Below, piece after piece: positions 37,549-52,004 of a stretch of 64,000 nucleotides of DNA. The position numbers and the translations under genes were made by a program. Each line of letters opens with the position of its first letter. The stretch's first letter is position 1. The stretch covers positions 23,064,001 to 23,128,000 of the forward strand of contig NC_043013.1 in NCBI RefSeq assembly GCF_006345805.1, in the 5' to 3' direction. The notes under the pieces were generated by a model that saw only the letters and a program-made list of their open reading frames with translations, did no database searches and was not told the origin of the DNA. The stretch is from Octopus sinensis. Its lineage: Eukaryota.

Positions 37549-40500
37549 CTTACAAAAATATCATCAAAAGATGAAAAAATATTCATCGCCCTAAAAATGG
37601 TACTATCATTATCATCATATAATGATAATTTTGTTCAGTTGTCCAGGTGTACCTCGTTTAACTACCAAAGGTGGTTTGAGCTGCTGGCACTATAAATGCC
37701 ATGATATTATTCTGGAATTGAATTCCTGAGCTTTGGCACTGAACAGAGAACTGAGACAAGTAGGGCAGAGAGTGCAATGAATTGCAAGATAAAGGCTGTG
37801 GTGAGGGAGACGGGGGGTGGGGGTGAGATATATATTAAGAAGGCGGCGAGCTGGCAGAAACGTTAGCACGTCGGGCGAAATGCTTTGCGGTATTTCGTCT
37901 GCCGCTACGTTCTGAGTTCAAATTCCGCCGAGGTCGACTTTGCCTTTCATCTTTTCGGGGTCGATTAAATAAGTACCAGTTACGCACTGGGGTCGATGTA
38001 ATCGACTTACTCCGTTTGTCTGTCCTTTCTGTGTGTAGCCCCTTGTGGGTAGTAAAGAAATATATATATTAAGAAGCTCAAGTGACCTCAGTTGTCAACC
38101 AGCCCATATCCATAAATACTAAAAGGACTTTTGAATCACCTGTACACACACACACCTGTATATACATAAGTTTCATAATTCATGAGTAGAATGAGGGAAA
38201 TAACAATAATGAAATGGAAATTTATTAATACACAATGGAGTGTTTGTTTAGCAGTTAATGTTTTCATTGGGTTTCTCTTAAACGTTTCTGTGAAAATAGA
38301 TTTTAAGAACATGTCTGGTAGAAAAGAAAAAGGAGATGGAGGTGGGAAGGGGCCAATATAAGCTAAAGTTCCAAACTGAGCCACTTTGGAATTCAATGAT
38401 AAAAGCCAAATCATCAGGACACTTTCATCGGTTCACACTTTCACCTCAAGCATGGATTGTGCATTTTATATGAAGCTATTTATCATTTCTATGTAATTTA
38501 TTCACAGGTGTGTGATCACAAGAACATAAACGTGTATATTATTGAAATAATCCTTGTTTCCTCTGTCCAATATTTTCACTTTTAATTTCATTTATCTCCT
38601 AGAATTTTAAACTTATTTGCACATTTGAATTAAAGCCTTAGGAGGAAGTAGGTCAGTGTTGGAGGCTTTTTTTTTTATAGTTGGATGTTTGTGTTGTACC
38701 CACAGAAAACCATTCGACTTTAACGTAAAAGTAGTGACTGTAACTAGACTGTAACTTGAAGCAAGAAGACCGCAGAACCTTTGTTAGTCAACCACTACAC
38801 ATTGGTTACGTAAGGATTTGAACAGTCTGAAATGCAAGTGGGATCTAGAATGAGAGCGGGGGAAATACCCTGGTTAAAATCAACACAAAATTCTGTAAAG
38901 ATGACTGATGGCAGTGAAGGTTTGACATTGGAAGACAACATGATACAAAGTCAGATCTGTTCTGTGACCCACAACAGAAAACAAAAATATAAACAATGGC
39001 ACCCGCCAATACAATCACACTCCTTGTGCAGTCATCATCTTTTTTGTTTCACATTCGCAGTGTTTGATCGGTTACTCCACCACTTACAGTAACACAGTTT
39101 CCAATCACCATCCACTTGTAGTCAATCAGTTTCAGGTTCAAAGATAGATTTTTGTTTTACTACTTCAATCACATTTTATCAGTTACAAAATATTTGCTTC
39201 AGAAATTCTCTCCACATTCAGTAATTTTCATTATTCAGTCACATCCCTTCATGCTACCAAATGTTTCTTCTTCTTTCTTCCCCCTTATAATGTATTCCAC
39301 TCAGAGGATATCCTTACATCAAGACGCTTGCCCTCCCCACCCCCACCCCACCCACCACCCCTGTCCACTCCACCAACACTTTGTGATTTGAGCCACAGCA
39401 AATGGTGGTTTCCAAACATTTCCAAAACATTTTTAAATGCCTTCAAGTTGTCAAATCAATGTTCACCTCTAAATATGTCAATCACTTGACAAAGAAGGAT
39501 AAGAAAAATAATAATCAAAAAAAAAAGAAAACAAAACAAAAAAGAAATGGGTTCGGTGAAAACTGATAGGAATGCCCAGACTCTGACTTTATCAATAAAC
39601 ACTTTACAGACAGCTGAACCGAGACGACTGGACATTAGCACTTTACTAAGCACAACCATATTGAAGTGTAGAATTGTGCCAAGACACTTGGGAAGGGTAC
39701 TGACCATGCATGGCCAGCAAGACAATGCCTCTGCAAGCACTGGTCTTTTTAACTTCCTCATCCAATATAAAATCAAATCAATAACCCCCACCTCACACCC
39801 AAGCCTACCCATTATAACTCACTTTCCAAACCCACAACTAAACATTTCCCCAAATCCTGCAACTTCTTCTTAACCCATCTTTTTCTCTGCAGCCACAAAT
39901 CTACCACAATTCAAATGAAACACCAAATGCACAAACCTCACCCAACTGTCCTCATCTCCCAATATTGGAGGGTCCCAAAAGGCTACGGGCACTGCCTCAC
40001 CTCCTCATATTCAGAAAAACATAAACAAAACGGAGCCCTCATATTTTCATGTCCCCAGATGAGAGAAGAAGATCACAAGAGACCGAAGTGTTTCAAAAAA
40101 AAAAAAGAGAGAGAAAAGAATTACTGTCAATAGTGGTCACAATCAAATGCAATGAGCCAACATAAAAACCTTTATGCAGTCACTCAAATGGCTAAAAATA
40201 ACAGCTAAATCTTTCAAATCACACCTACTGCTTTAGATAAAAGATACATTGGACAATATAACCCCTGATATACAAAAAGAGAGAGTGGTCACAGCTAGAA
40301 TACCATTAATTCTATAAAACCACTTAATCAGGGCTGACACAAAATGCCATGAATTGTATAAGTTCAGCTCAATCAAGGCTGATTTGATGCTAAACAATAA
40401 ATAGCTGATTCTTTCTTTTTACTTTTACTAAATATCAGAGAGGACTCATTCAATTAATTTTCTATAAGAAAAGAAATACCCGCTTTGTAAAATTTCTGCC

Positions 40501-43310
40501 AGTCACTCATCAAAATAGCTCTAATGCTATGGAATATAGTGACTAAGAGAAAATGACACTAAGGAAAAAAAAGATGGGAGGGGAGGGAAAGAGGGTCAGA
40601 AGAATTTGCTATATTGTAAAGTATTGAGACATGATGTCTGCTAGATAGGAGAAAAATCTAAGGAACATAATCTAAAAGAACTTACCAATATTCATAATGC
40701 TATCTTTGTCAGGGTCAAATAACAGCCAGTCATAAAAGAGACTCAGTTTCACATTTGAAGCTGCTACATTCGACTATACAGAACAGAATGCCAACATGTT
40801 AAACCAAGAAACATACAATGCAAAAAAAAAATAATAATAATAATAATAATAAAAATAATAAATAAAAAGTCACTATTATTTAATTGGGGCTTCTTTGTTT
40901 GGTTAAAATGTTTTTTGTTCTATTTTTTAAAGCAAAATAAATAAAAAAATATATATACGTGCAAAGATATAAATTCATTTAATGCTACACACAGGTGTAA
41001 CACATTAAGTGTATTGATCAATTGATCTTTTGCGATCAGAAACATACAATAATGAATTATCAGCATTAATAACATCGACGAAGCAATTTATCTAGAATTA
41101 GAAATCAAACCTTTATCAGAATTTTTCTTTTCCAGTCTTACCAACGATGCCAGAGAGGCACACCATTTTATTATATTCTGTAAAGAGACATCAATGACTC
41201 AAAGACCTTGATCAGTCAGATTTACTAGCATTTTCTTCTCGTACACAGAGATATATTTTTGTAAGAATCTCTTACATGCCATGCACAAAACTCTAGGCTT
41301 TTGAGTCACTTCTGCAGCTTTACAGCACAAAAATACAGAGATATTTATGCTTTGCATACCAAGTTCTGTTTCTCTTGTTTGTGCCACCAAACCTTACGTT
41401 AAGTACCTGTTATTATTTTCATATCATGGCTTCACACTGGTGTCCAGTTATTTGGTTGGACACAGGAATCTTCAATGAACTTTTGGAGTAGAGAAAGCAA
41501 ATGACAAGAATCTTTTACTTTCTCAATTAATATAAAAGCCAAGTGAAGACGTCTGTGTCCGTATGTTTGGACAAGTGCCAAACCATGCCATTGGAGTAAC
41601 AATTAGTAGCAAACTTACAGACATACATCACTTTACAAGACTCCCCAACAGTGCATACTAAGCACTTTGGTATTTTACATGAAAAATTAAGCTTCCAATC
41701 ACACACTTTGTATCTACATATTTTGGAATAATAAGTGCATATATATGTGTGTATATGTTTACACATACACACATACATACATACATACACACAACTTTAA
41801 AATTCTGTTCACGGCTGAGACTGCATTTACCATGCCCAGCTTTTAAGATAAACGGTTGTTTGTTTTTGTGCGTGTGCATACACATACACACACCTACATC
41901 CATACACACGCACATGTATACAGCCACATACAAGATTTACTCACTCCAAACAATCAAAGAGATATAGGCCAATCGCATTGGCCTACAGGAATCCGGTCAA
42001 TCTGTCAGTCTACTAAATGAAAGCTAACTTCAACTCTTCCAAAATCTCCAGACCCAAAATGAGCAGTTTGCAAAGTCCTCGACTAACAGATGATACCCAC
42101 GCATCGTTTATTTTCCGCATGCATTTGTGCATCACACAGACTCAACTGCTTGACTTGTGGTGTTAAGGGATTTGAATCCATTCTCTTGATTACTAATTAT
42201 AACGAAACAATCGCAACTTTTATGCAGCTTCCAATTCATCCTTCCTATTATTAGTTGGATGTGACTGAAAGGAGATTTCTGACAGGCTGAGCAGCCATAG
42301 TACAAGATCCTTCATTGACTTCATAGGAGTTTATTGTATTGAGGAGAGCTAGACAGGGAGCCTTACAGTGAAGTGGATGAGAGAGAAATATTCCAATGGG
42401 ATAAGATGCTAGTCTCTTTCACATGCTGATATCAAGCCGATAAAAACCTCATAAAAATCTCCAAGATGGCTGTTATTGCTTTTAATGGTGTAATGATATC
42501 ATTGATGATATCTACCTAGAGCCAACAAAAGTTTCTACATGATCACTCAAACTGCTAGAAATAGTAGCCAAATGTATTTTCAATCACATTCAACCATTTA
42601 AAAAAAATACTGAAACAATCATCATCATCATCGTTTAACATCTGCTTTCCATGCTGGCATGGGTTGGACAGTTTGGTGGTTGCACCAGGCTCCAATCTGA
42701 TCTGGCAAGGTTTCTACAACTGGATGCCCTTCCTAATGCCAACCATTCTGAGAGTGTAAGTGGGTACTTTCTATATAACAACTAACACGGGGGCCAGTCA
42801 GGTGGCACTGGCAACAACCATGCTTGAATGGTGCTTTTTACGTGCCACCGGCACAGGACCAATCAGGCGGCACTGGCTTCAGATAATGTAAGCCTTCTCC
42901 AAGTGTCCACAATTGAGATGCGCTTCACAATAACACACCATGAATCTCTGTCCCCATTAGCTTTGGTAAGTCCTTAATTCCATCTTACATATCTTTACCA
43001 ATAACATCAGTTGAGCAGTCTTCATCCTTTATTAAGGTTTGGAAGTCATCAAAATATAAGATCTGATATGGCAAGAGAGCAGTAACCAGCAAAGCCTTCC
43101 CTGCACTGAACAACAGAATGGGTGGAATATGTCTGTAAATCTTCTCTTTAGCCTAAGATACATAAAAGAGGAAAAGTAGCAGTGAATGGGTGTCGTGATA
43201 TTCATGCACCCGTCAATGACACTGGCAGCGGAAATGAAGTGACTTGACTTGTAAATCAGACCAATTCCAAAAGAGTTAGTTTACCAGGAGTGTACCAATG
43301 CCTTACAGAA

Positions 43311-43351
<41 letters not shown>

Positions 43352-46300
43352 CTGCTAACATGAACTAACATGCATCACTCTGTGTGAGCAAAGGTTAATT
43401 TAGGATACTTTAGGTAATACATACACACAAACACAAACAAATATATATATACAACAGACTTAACGAACTGTGAACCCAACTATAGTGTAAGACACTCGAA
43501 TCTTTGATCTTTTCTTTTCCAATGTAACTATTGATCTTTCACTCTTCTTCTCTCTACCTCTGACTTCTTCGTTCTGACAATGTCTACCATTGGCAACAAG
43601 GTAAAAATATAAATATATATTCTCCTCACCATGGTAAACAGAAACGATTGTAAACAACTTTACTCTCACTCTCTCACCTTTATTTACTAATTAAATAATG
43701 GCTTACTAGCGCAAAAGACACACTTCTGTTTGTTATTTTTCCTCCTTTTTCTTCTCATCTATATATATATATATATATATATATAGTTACTGTAAGTAAT
43801 GAAAGCAGGACCTGTTACTACATACCACACCATCTTGCCATCTCTACAACTGCCAGCCACCACTCCCTCTCCCCTTCTGTGTTACTTTCAACAATCAGCA
43901 TCCATCTTTCATATTAATTATCGTTTCCCCCTCCCCCTCCCCCACTCCTGTTCATCTTACATTAACTTCATCCCCTAAACACATCTCACCACCTCCATCT
44001 CTTACTCTACTCCCACTTTTGCAACTTTACCCTATCCCTCATCACCACCACCACCACCATCACCCCACACACTTTCCTGATTCTTCTGTATCTATGTTCC
44101 ATTCATTCAGTACATCACCATGAGAGCATGTACTAACACCCTGTCACCATTATATTTACCTCACTTCTCGGCCCCACTCCAGCCTAGCCCATCCACTCAA
44201 GTAAAACATGAAGTAGGCATGGACGTCTGCCATCCCTCCTATTCTCCTGCTCAGTTCAGTGGTGAGGGGCTCTTCTTCCCTCTTGCAAGAGTCACCTTGT
44301 CACTTGACTCCGACAAACTACAAGGTGACCTCACTGGGACTAGTGCCACAAAAATGGCACCTCGTACACTCTGTGAAGTGGTTGGTGTTATGAAGGGCAT
44401 CTGGCCATAGAAAGCATGCTAAAACTGAGACACTGGAGCAGGATGTAGTCCTCTGACTCTCACTGGATGCCGTTGATACATTCAACACATACCAGAATGG
44501 AAAACAGATATAAAAATAATAACGATGATGATATAACCAACCCACAAACACACAAATTGATGTAGGCTGGATTGAATTAAAACAAATACAAGATTCTAAA
44601 ATATAGTGAATTCTTAATTACAGATAAAAATCTGAGAAATATATTCAATAAAAGTAATTATGGCACTCATGCTTCTTTCTCCTCCTCCTCAATAATTCCC
44701 ATTGAAAAAAATACCCTTTCACCATTTCCTCTCTCTCTCTCTCTCTCTCTCCCACAAAGTATTCAACTTGGAGCATTTGCCTTTCTCTTCTTTCTTAAAG
44801 CAGAACATTTATTCCACTCTTTCGACTTCCTATTACCATTTGGCAATGCTGAACAGCATAAGTCATCTCAGATTCAACACTTTTACGCAAATATATAATG
44901 GAAGGAAATGAGATAATCCTGTGGTAATTAGATAAGAATATATTCAGCTTTGTATTTAGGTCAATCCCAACAGAGCTCTGAAAATATGAAGAGAGAAAAA
45001 TGCAATGTTGTTACGGCATAAATATGGAAACAGAAACTCAGTCACTCAATGTCCTCTACCTCTTCCTCATTCCAGCCATTGGGGATATTAAAAAAAACGA
45101 AAAGAAATTAAATTACAGCAATGACTTGCAAAATAACGTCTGGGAAGTAACTATAGCTCATAGATAGAAGAGCTTCTTTCTTTAACCAACTGCAAAAACA
45201 AAGCCACTTCTAGCCCTGCTTTATTTTAAGGAACATATTCTGCCTGGTTTGTGACCCTGTTGCATACAGGCAGCCTTTTGACTGTCATCAGAGATTTACT
45301 AATCTTGACAGCGTTCAGCTCTGTTGGATTATCTATGTAAGATTAAAATGGAAAATCAGTGAATCTTTTGAATGAAGATTATACATTTGATTTCAATTGG
45401 TGGGTAAACCAGATCAATCACTATAGTTAATAGGGTTTGTATTTTTGTAAGAATTTCCTGTTACATAGAAGAATTCTTCCTGGGACATCTACTCTTATTA
45501 TATACATTAATTACGATTCTTTAATCATTAAACCAGTCTAATCTCATTTTAGGAGTTTGAAATCCAATTTCATCTTCAACAATAAGTGGGGGGGGGATTT
45601 GCTTTAATAAGTTCCAAAAGAGTGTTTCCTGCTATATTTAATGAGGTTTGTATTTGCCAGGCAATAAAGATTCAAAATCTTATATTGGATGTCCATTTAT
45701 GCACATCACTGACGACAGCAGCCAAATATTTCTTGAGATGTACAGATATTCTAAGGGCATTTGCATCCAATTCATCATTTGGTCCAGTTGTGTGGTCATG
45801 CTTCACGCAAACCCATGATGAACCAAGCCTCCCCCATCAACAGAGGCACCCCAATCACAAATTATAGAATTATGGAGGCATGGAGAGGAAAAGATGCACA
45901 GAAGTGTTACCCGATACAAGCATTTCTCAATGACATCAATGGCATCGTAAGCGAAAGAAATCAGTTTCTTTATTTGGAAACAACTCCAATCCAAGGTCTA
46001 AGTCCACCAAGAGATCCTAATGCTTGCCAAGTCTTAAAATACACTCATTTCAAACATAATAGTGAAACTTCATCGTTTTTATAAATGGATGAAAATTGCA
46101 ATGTTAACGTCTTTCTTAGCAGCAGTGATGCGGGTGGAGTGGAACCCAAGGAGATTCCAAATACAAACTGAATTTTTCTGTAGACTCAAAAATCACACTA
46201 CATTCTTTAATTCATATTGATTCCTTAAACTAGGAATAAAATGATTCCATATTAGTTGAGGATATTAAAGCAATGGACATTGACTGTATTTATAGAAGTG

Positions 46301-46653
46301 TTTCATTTAATTATGGGGAACAAATCTGAGATCCTTCAGGAATTTTCATTTTCAAATGTCATCACATATTCTCGTGAGTTGAGCAGGTTTACATACAACT
46401 TATTGCCACTGGTATTCATTGCCAATCAGTGTGAAGTACTTTTGAGATCTGACATCCCTGCTTCTTCCTTTCTCTTCCTCAATATGCAAGAAACTAGCCA
46501 TCATATCTCACAACCATGTAAAGCTTCAGAATCTAAAGTTAGGGAACAGTTTCTTTTTATGAACTGTTGTGCCTCAAGAATATCTTCCATTTTCAACAAC
46601 ACTAACATCATAAAATATGTATGTAGGTCTGTGTATGTATGTGTGTGTATGTA

Positions 46654-46698
<45 letters not shown>

Positions 46699-49600
46699 TA
46701 TATATAATATATATATATGGTGGATAAATATTCTTTACTTGTGGATTAACAAGAGTATTCTTGGAGACAAGTAACAACATTCGATGGAGCAGGCTTGATG
46801 GTTGTTGAGAGATTTCTCCCAGCATAAAACCAATAGCAGCCTTGTTAACCCACAAATAAACTCTGTGTGCGCGTGCGTATGTATGTGATGATGATAATGC
46901 ATATGTGTGTGTTGTGTGTGAGTGTGTGTGTATACACACCACACACACACACACACACACACATGTATAAATCGCTTTTAGCAGTGGAACGCAAAATAGA
47001 TTAAGCTATAAAATGGTGTAAATACTGGGATAAAAAACTCCTTGGATGGAAGAAGTCAAAGGCTGCCTTTATAAGCACGCGCACACACACACACACACAA
47101 CACACACACACACACCACACACACACACAGACAGATGTGGATGTGTTTGTGTGTATCTATGTATGTGTAACTGTGCAGGTGTGTATGACTGAGAGCACAT
47201 TTTCTTTATCTTGGCCTGTGCTGATTGTAAACAATGCATCACCATTCATATAAACTGTGTCGTTTGCTTTCAGTCCTCCACAAAAGCCTATCCAGACTGT
47301 TTATTGCTTGATAGCCAGGGGAGGATGATAACCTTGCCTTGGAAACAAATGCTGCTGATAGAAAGGGCATCAGGCTGTAGACATTTTCTGCCTCAACAAA
47401 AGTCTCAAGCACAGAAACAGAAACATTAAGGATGAGGAGTAAATATTTATACACATACATACACACATGATATATACATATTCAAAAAGGTAAAAAATAT
47501 AGATTACTGCTTTTGCTTACAAATGGGGTGAAAGGAGTACTCAATGCATAAAGCAGAGGGTATATATTTTTGAGAAGTTAAAGCTTCTTGAAACATAATT
47601 TAGGGTTTCAAATGTCTGATTTAGGGATGCAGCATGACAATATATAAGAAAAAAAAATATTCAAGGCAACAGTACATGGTATAATCCTAAAAACAAATAT
47701 ATAAAACAAAAATGTATTTTAAAAACATCAGGAAAAAATAACCACTGCAGCCAAACCTAAGCAGCTTCACATTCAGTGTTCACTATCAAGTCATTATTCA
47801 TTCAAAGCACACACACACACACACACACACAAACTGTCTGTCTGACCCATGCAAGCATAGTAAAGTGAATAAGTGATGATGATAATGCGCGTGTATGTGT
47901 ATATCCTGTGTTGGTGCCACATAAAAAGCACCCAGTACACTCTGTAAGATGGTTGGCATTTCCAAAGAGTGTCTATCCACAGAAACAATGCCAAAGCAGA
48001 TGACTGTAGCCCAGTGCAGCCCTCCAACCTGGCCAGCTACTATCAAACCATCCAACCCATGCCAGCATGGAAAATGTTACAGCCTCACTGCATCATTCTC
48101 AGCCAAATGGACCAAAGTTTTGTATTTCTTGTAGCAAATTAAACTATTTTGTTACTTTAGCTTCCCTTCAAAGGAAACACCGATTCACATAGCCCAATTC
48201 TCACCACTGACTCTCAAGTATATTTTAACCAGTGTCGCCTTACTGGCACTTGTGCCAGTGGCATGTGAACAAAACATTCGAGCGAGGTCATTGCCAGTGC
48301 CACTGGACTGACTCCTGTGCAGGTGGCACATAAAAAACACCATTTCAAGCATGGACGTTGCCAGTACCGCCAGACTGGCCCTCATGCTGGTGGCACGTAA
48401 AAGAACCCACTACTCTCATGGAGTGGTTGGCATTAGGAAGGGCATCCAGCTATAGAAACTCCGCCAGATCAGACTGGAGCCTAGTGCAGCCTCCTAGCTT
48501 CCCAGACCCAGTAGAACTGTCCAACCCATGCTAGCATGGAAAGCGGATGTTAAATGATGAGGATGATGATCATCATCATCATTTTACATCTGTTTTTTCT
48601 ATGCTGGTACGAGTTAGTAGGTCATTATGGTCTGATTCAGTTGTTACTCAGTGTTATGACCTCCTATACCGGTTAGAGGAACTCATCACAGGCTGGGTCC
48701 TGCATTCCTCCTGCTCAGCTGACTGACCCCCTTGACTGAGTAGACTGGTTGCTAGTTATCACTGATCAAGCCACCTTGTAACTAGCAGTTGTAAGGAACG
48801 AAACTACTTTGAGAGGGAGAAGCAAAGAAAGGGCAAAAGTGAAAGTGTGAGAGGAAGAAGGGAAAGACTGTTGCGGGGGGTGGGGGATGATAGCAGAGGG
48901 AGGGAGAGAGAGGAGGAAAAAACAGTGGGGGAATAGTGGAAGTGAAACACTAGTGATTGGGAGGAAGAGAGAAAGAGTGATAAGGATGGTAGGGTATGTA
49001 AGGAGGATCCCCTGTCAGAGTTGGTATCCCCTGTCAGAGATAACAGAGTAAATATGAATAGATGGGAGTGAGTGGAGAAAGGGGTGTAACATAAAGAGAG
49101 GGAGAGAGAGAGGGAAAATGGTTAAGGAAGCAGTACTGGAGGGGGAGGGGCAGAGGGTTAGTGAAAGATGGGTAGGAGAGTGGGTGGGGGTGGAATATAT
49201 TAGAGAACGAATGCAGTGACAATGTCATCCCCCACCCCCACTCCATTCTCTTTGTCTTCTCCAACTTTGCATCTTGCTAATCATCACAATCCCTTCATAT
49301 CTCCTTCCTCGGGATCAACATCTTCAAGGGAGTCTTCACCATTTTGTCCCATGTCTTTCTCTCTTCCACACATTCCAACCACTTCTGAGTGCACAACACT
49401 TTGTCATTCCATCCTCTTTACCCTTCCTATACAAGCACAAACCCCTTCTCTCTGCCCCCAAACTGCATAAACTCCTCTTCTACATGGCTGTAGTGAGACA
49501 TGACAGAACTATTTTGTCACTGTGGCTTAATTTAGTTGTGCTTTGGCCGGCGCCAACCGGGTAGGATTGGCCATGTACAAATACAAGTAACAACTTCCAC

Positions 49601-50777
49601 CCAGCAGTAAAACGCACCTTTTACCAAGAAGCTAATTCAGTTAGAGCCCAGACGTTGAGTAAACAACAGTGTCTACTTTTGAAGTACCACTGCTTTTATA
49701 TTCCTCTCCAACACGCAGAGAGGCAGATCAGACAGCCTTAAAAGCTTTCACTACATATCTGCTAAAATGTTATTCCAGTTTTTATAACCGATTTGGAGAT
49801 TTTGTCGTATCTGACAGTCCTAGCACCCTTATCATAATTTTGCTATGCTCCTTTAACAGTGTTCTTATTCAACACTGAGCAACCTTTCTGGCATTTGTAT
49901 TCGTTCTACAGCATGTAAACCACCAGAGTTAAAATCTCTCTCTATATAAACGGCAGTTTGTCTGTTTGTGTGTCAGTCAGGTTGTACCCTCACCCTGACC
50001 ACGGCTTTCAACCGATTCTGATGAAACTTGACACACACATAGCCCAATGTCATAATTCAAAACTAACGCAGCGAAAAGTTTGAAAAGTTCCCCCAGTTCT
50101 GAAAAAAAATTGATAAATTCGACATGGGGTCGAGAATGTAAGTTTATTTGCAACACATTTTCTGTTGTAGTTTTCGCAACTTGCAATCGATTTTCACCAA
50201 ACTCATGGTGAAGCTTAATGTTACCCTAAGGAACTTAATTCTGGCGTTAGTTTTCCATGCAATACCTTACCATCAGAAAAAAATCGATAAAATCAGGCCA
50301 TTTTGGGAAATCGCATTCAAATTCAAGATGACATATTTTCGACAATATCTTTCTCAAATTGGCAGGAATTCTTTTTAAATTCACAGCGAGCATCATGTCT
50401 GCTCCAGGGGCTCTTACATACCCAGGCAATGCCGGGCTATGCTGCTAGTATAAGTTATAATACAAAATCCAATCCCGTCTCGCCACACACTAATCCCTCA
50501 ACAGGTGTTTCATGTTTATTAACCATTCCCTCAACAGGACATTGATCTTTATGCACACTTGGTTTAGTGATTCTTTTATTCTTTTACTTGTTTCAGTCAT
50601 TTGACTGCAGCCATGCTGGAGCACTGCCTTTAGTTGAACAAACTGATCCCAGGACTTATTCTTTGTAAGCCTAGTACTTATTCTATTGGTCTCTTTTGCT
50701 GAACCGTTAGATTACGGGGACATAAACACACCAGCATCGGTTGTCAAGTGATGATGGGGGGACAAACACAGACACAA

Positions 50778-50810
<33 letters not shown>

Positions 50811-51224
50811 CGACGGGCTTCTTTCAGTTTCCATCTACCAAATCCACTCACAAGGCATTGGTTAGCCCAAGGCTATAGTGGAAGACACTGCCCCAAGATG
50901 CCACGCAGTGGGACTGAACCCAGGACCATGTGGTTGTTAAGCAAGCTACACACAGCCACTACTGGTAAAATAAATATTACATGTGGAAAACAAATCATGC
51001 CACCTGACATTCATCTGAATGTGTTTTAAACTTGGAACTCTTCAATGCTGACATTCCTTGCTAAACAGCTTTTCTCTTGGTTTATTTCTTCACCATCATT
51101 CAAGCACGTTAACATGATAGATCCAGCAGAGCATGATCACTTCATTTTTACCTAAACTTTGGAAATTCTCTGCATTCAAGGCCCACATCTCACAACCAGG
51201 AAGCACTGGGCTTTGCAATGGAAT

Positions 51225-51257
<33 letters not shown>

Positions 51258-51475
51258 TATTTGTGTGTGTGTGTTCAAAATAGTAAATAGCACTTTTAAT
51301 GGTGGATATTCCAGTTATTAAATCAACTGAACTTCTCATCTGTTCAATTATTGTGCAAGTGGCTGAGTACTCCACACACAGTTATACTCTTAACATAGTC
51401 CCTAGGCAGATCAGCCATGACATGGTGTGTGCAAAAGCTAAAACTGTTTACAATCAGTGTACAATGTCAACACAA

Positions 51476-51514
<39 letters not shown>

Positions 51515-51740
51515 TATATATATACACATGCATTTAGACATGAAACCACTTTCCAGAAGTTCACCCTCTAGTATGTACACATACATACATTTAGATGCAT
51601 ACATACACACACACGATACATACATGACAACCTAACTGATGTTGTCTAAATGCCAAGGATACTGCTGTGTCTGATTTGGAGAGCAACTCGTTAGTAAAAA
51701 TCTTTTAAAATAAAACTAGAACACATAAATAAATAAATAT

Positions 51741-51774
<34 letters not shown>

Positions 51775-51955
51775 CAGTTCTATATTTAAGATATGAGGAA
51801 TTATGTACATTATTACATTTGACAGATATTTGTCCTCATCTTGTTTGTTGTTAACACGTTTCGGCTGATATACCTTCCAGCCTTCATCAGGTATCTTGGG
51901 GAAATTTCGAATCTGGGTTCTCATTCCTAAGGTATTTTTCAATGTTATTATTATG

Positions 51956-52004
<49 letters not shown>

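Noticed and set aside
46256-46774. 172-aa plus-strand ORF as a nested gene
   Set aside because: It runs through a (TA)/(TG) microsatellite. The protein-like signal in this block is on the opposite strand and is interrupted by stops.
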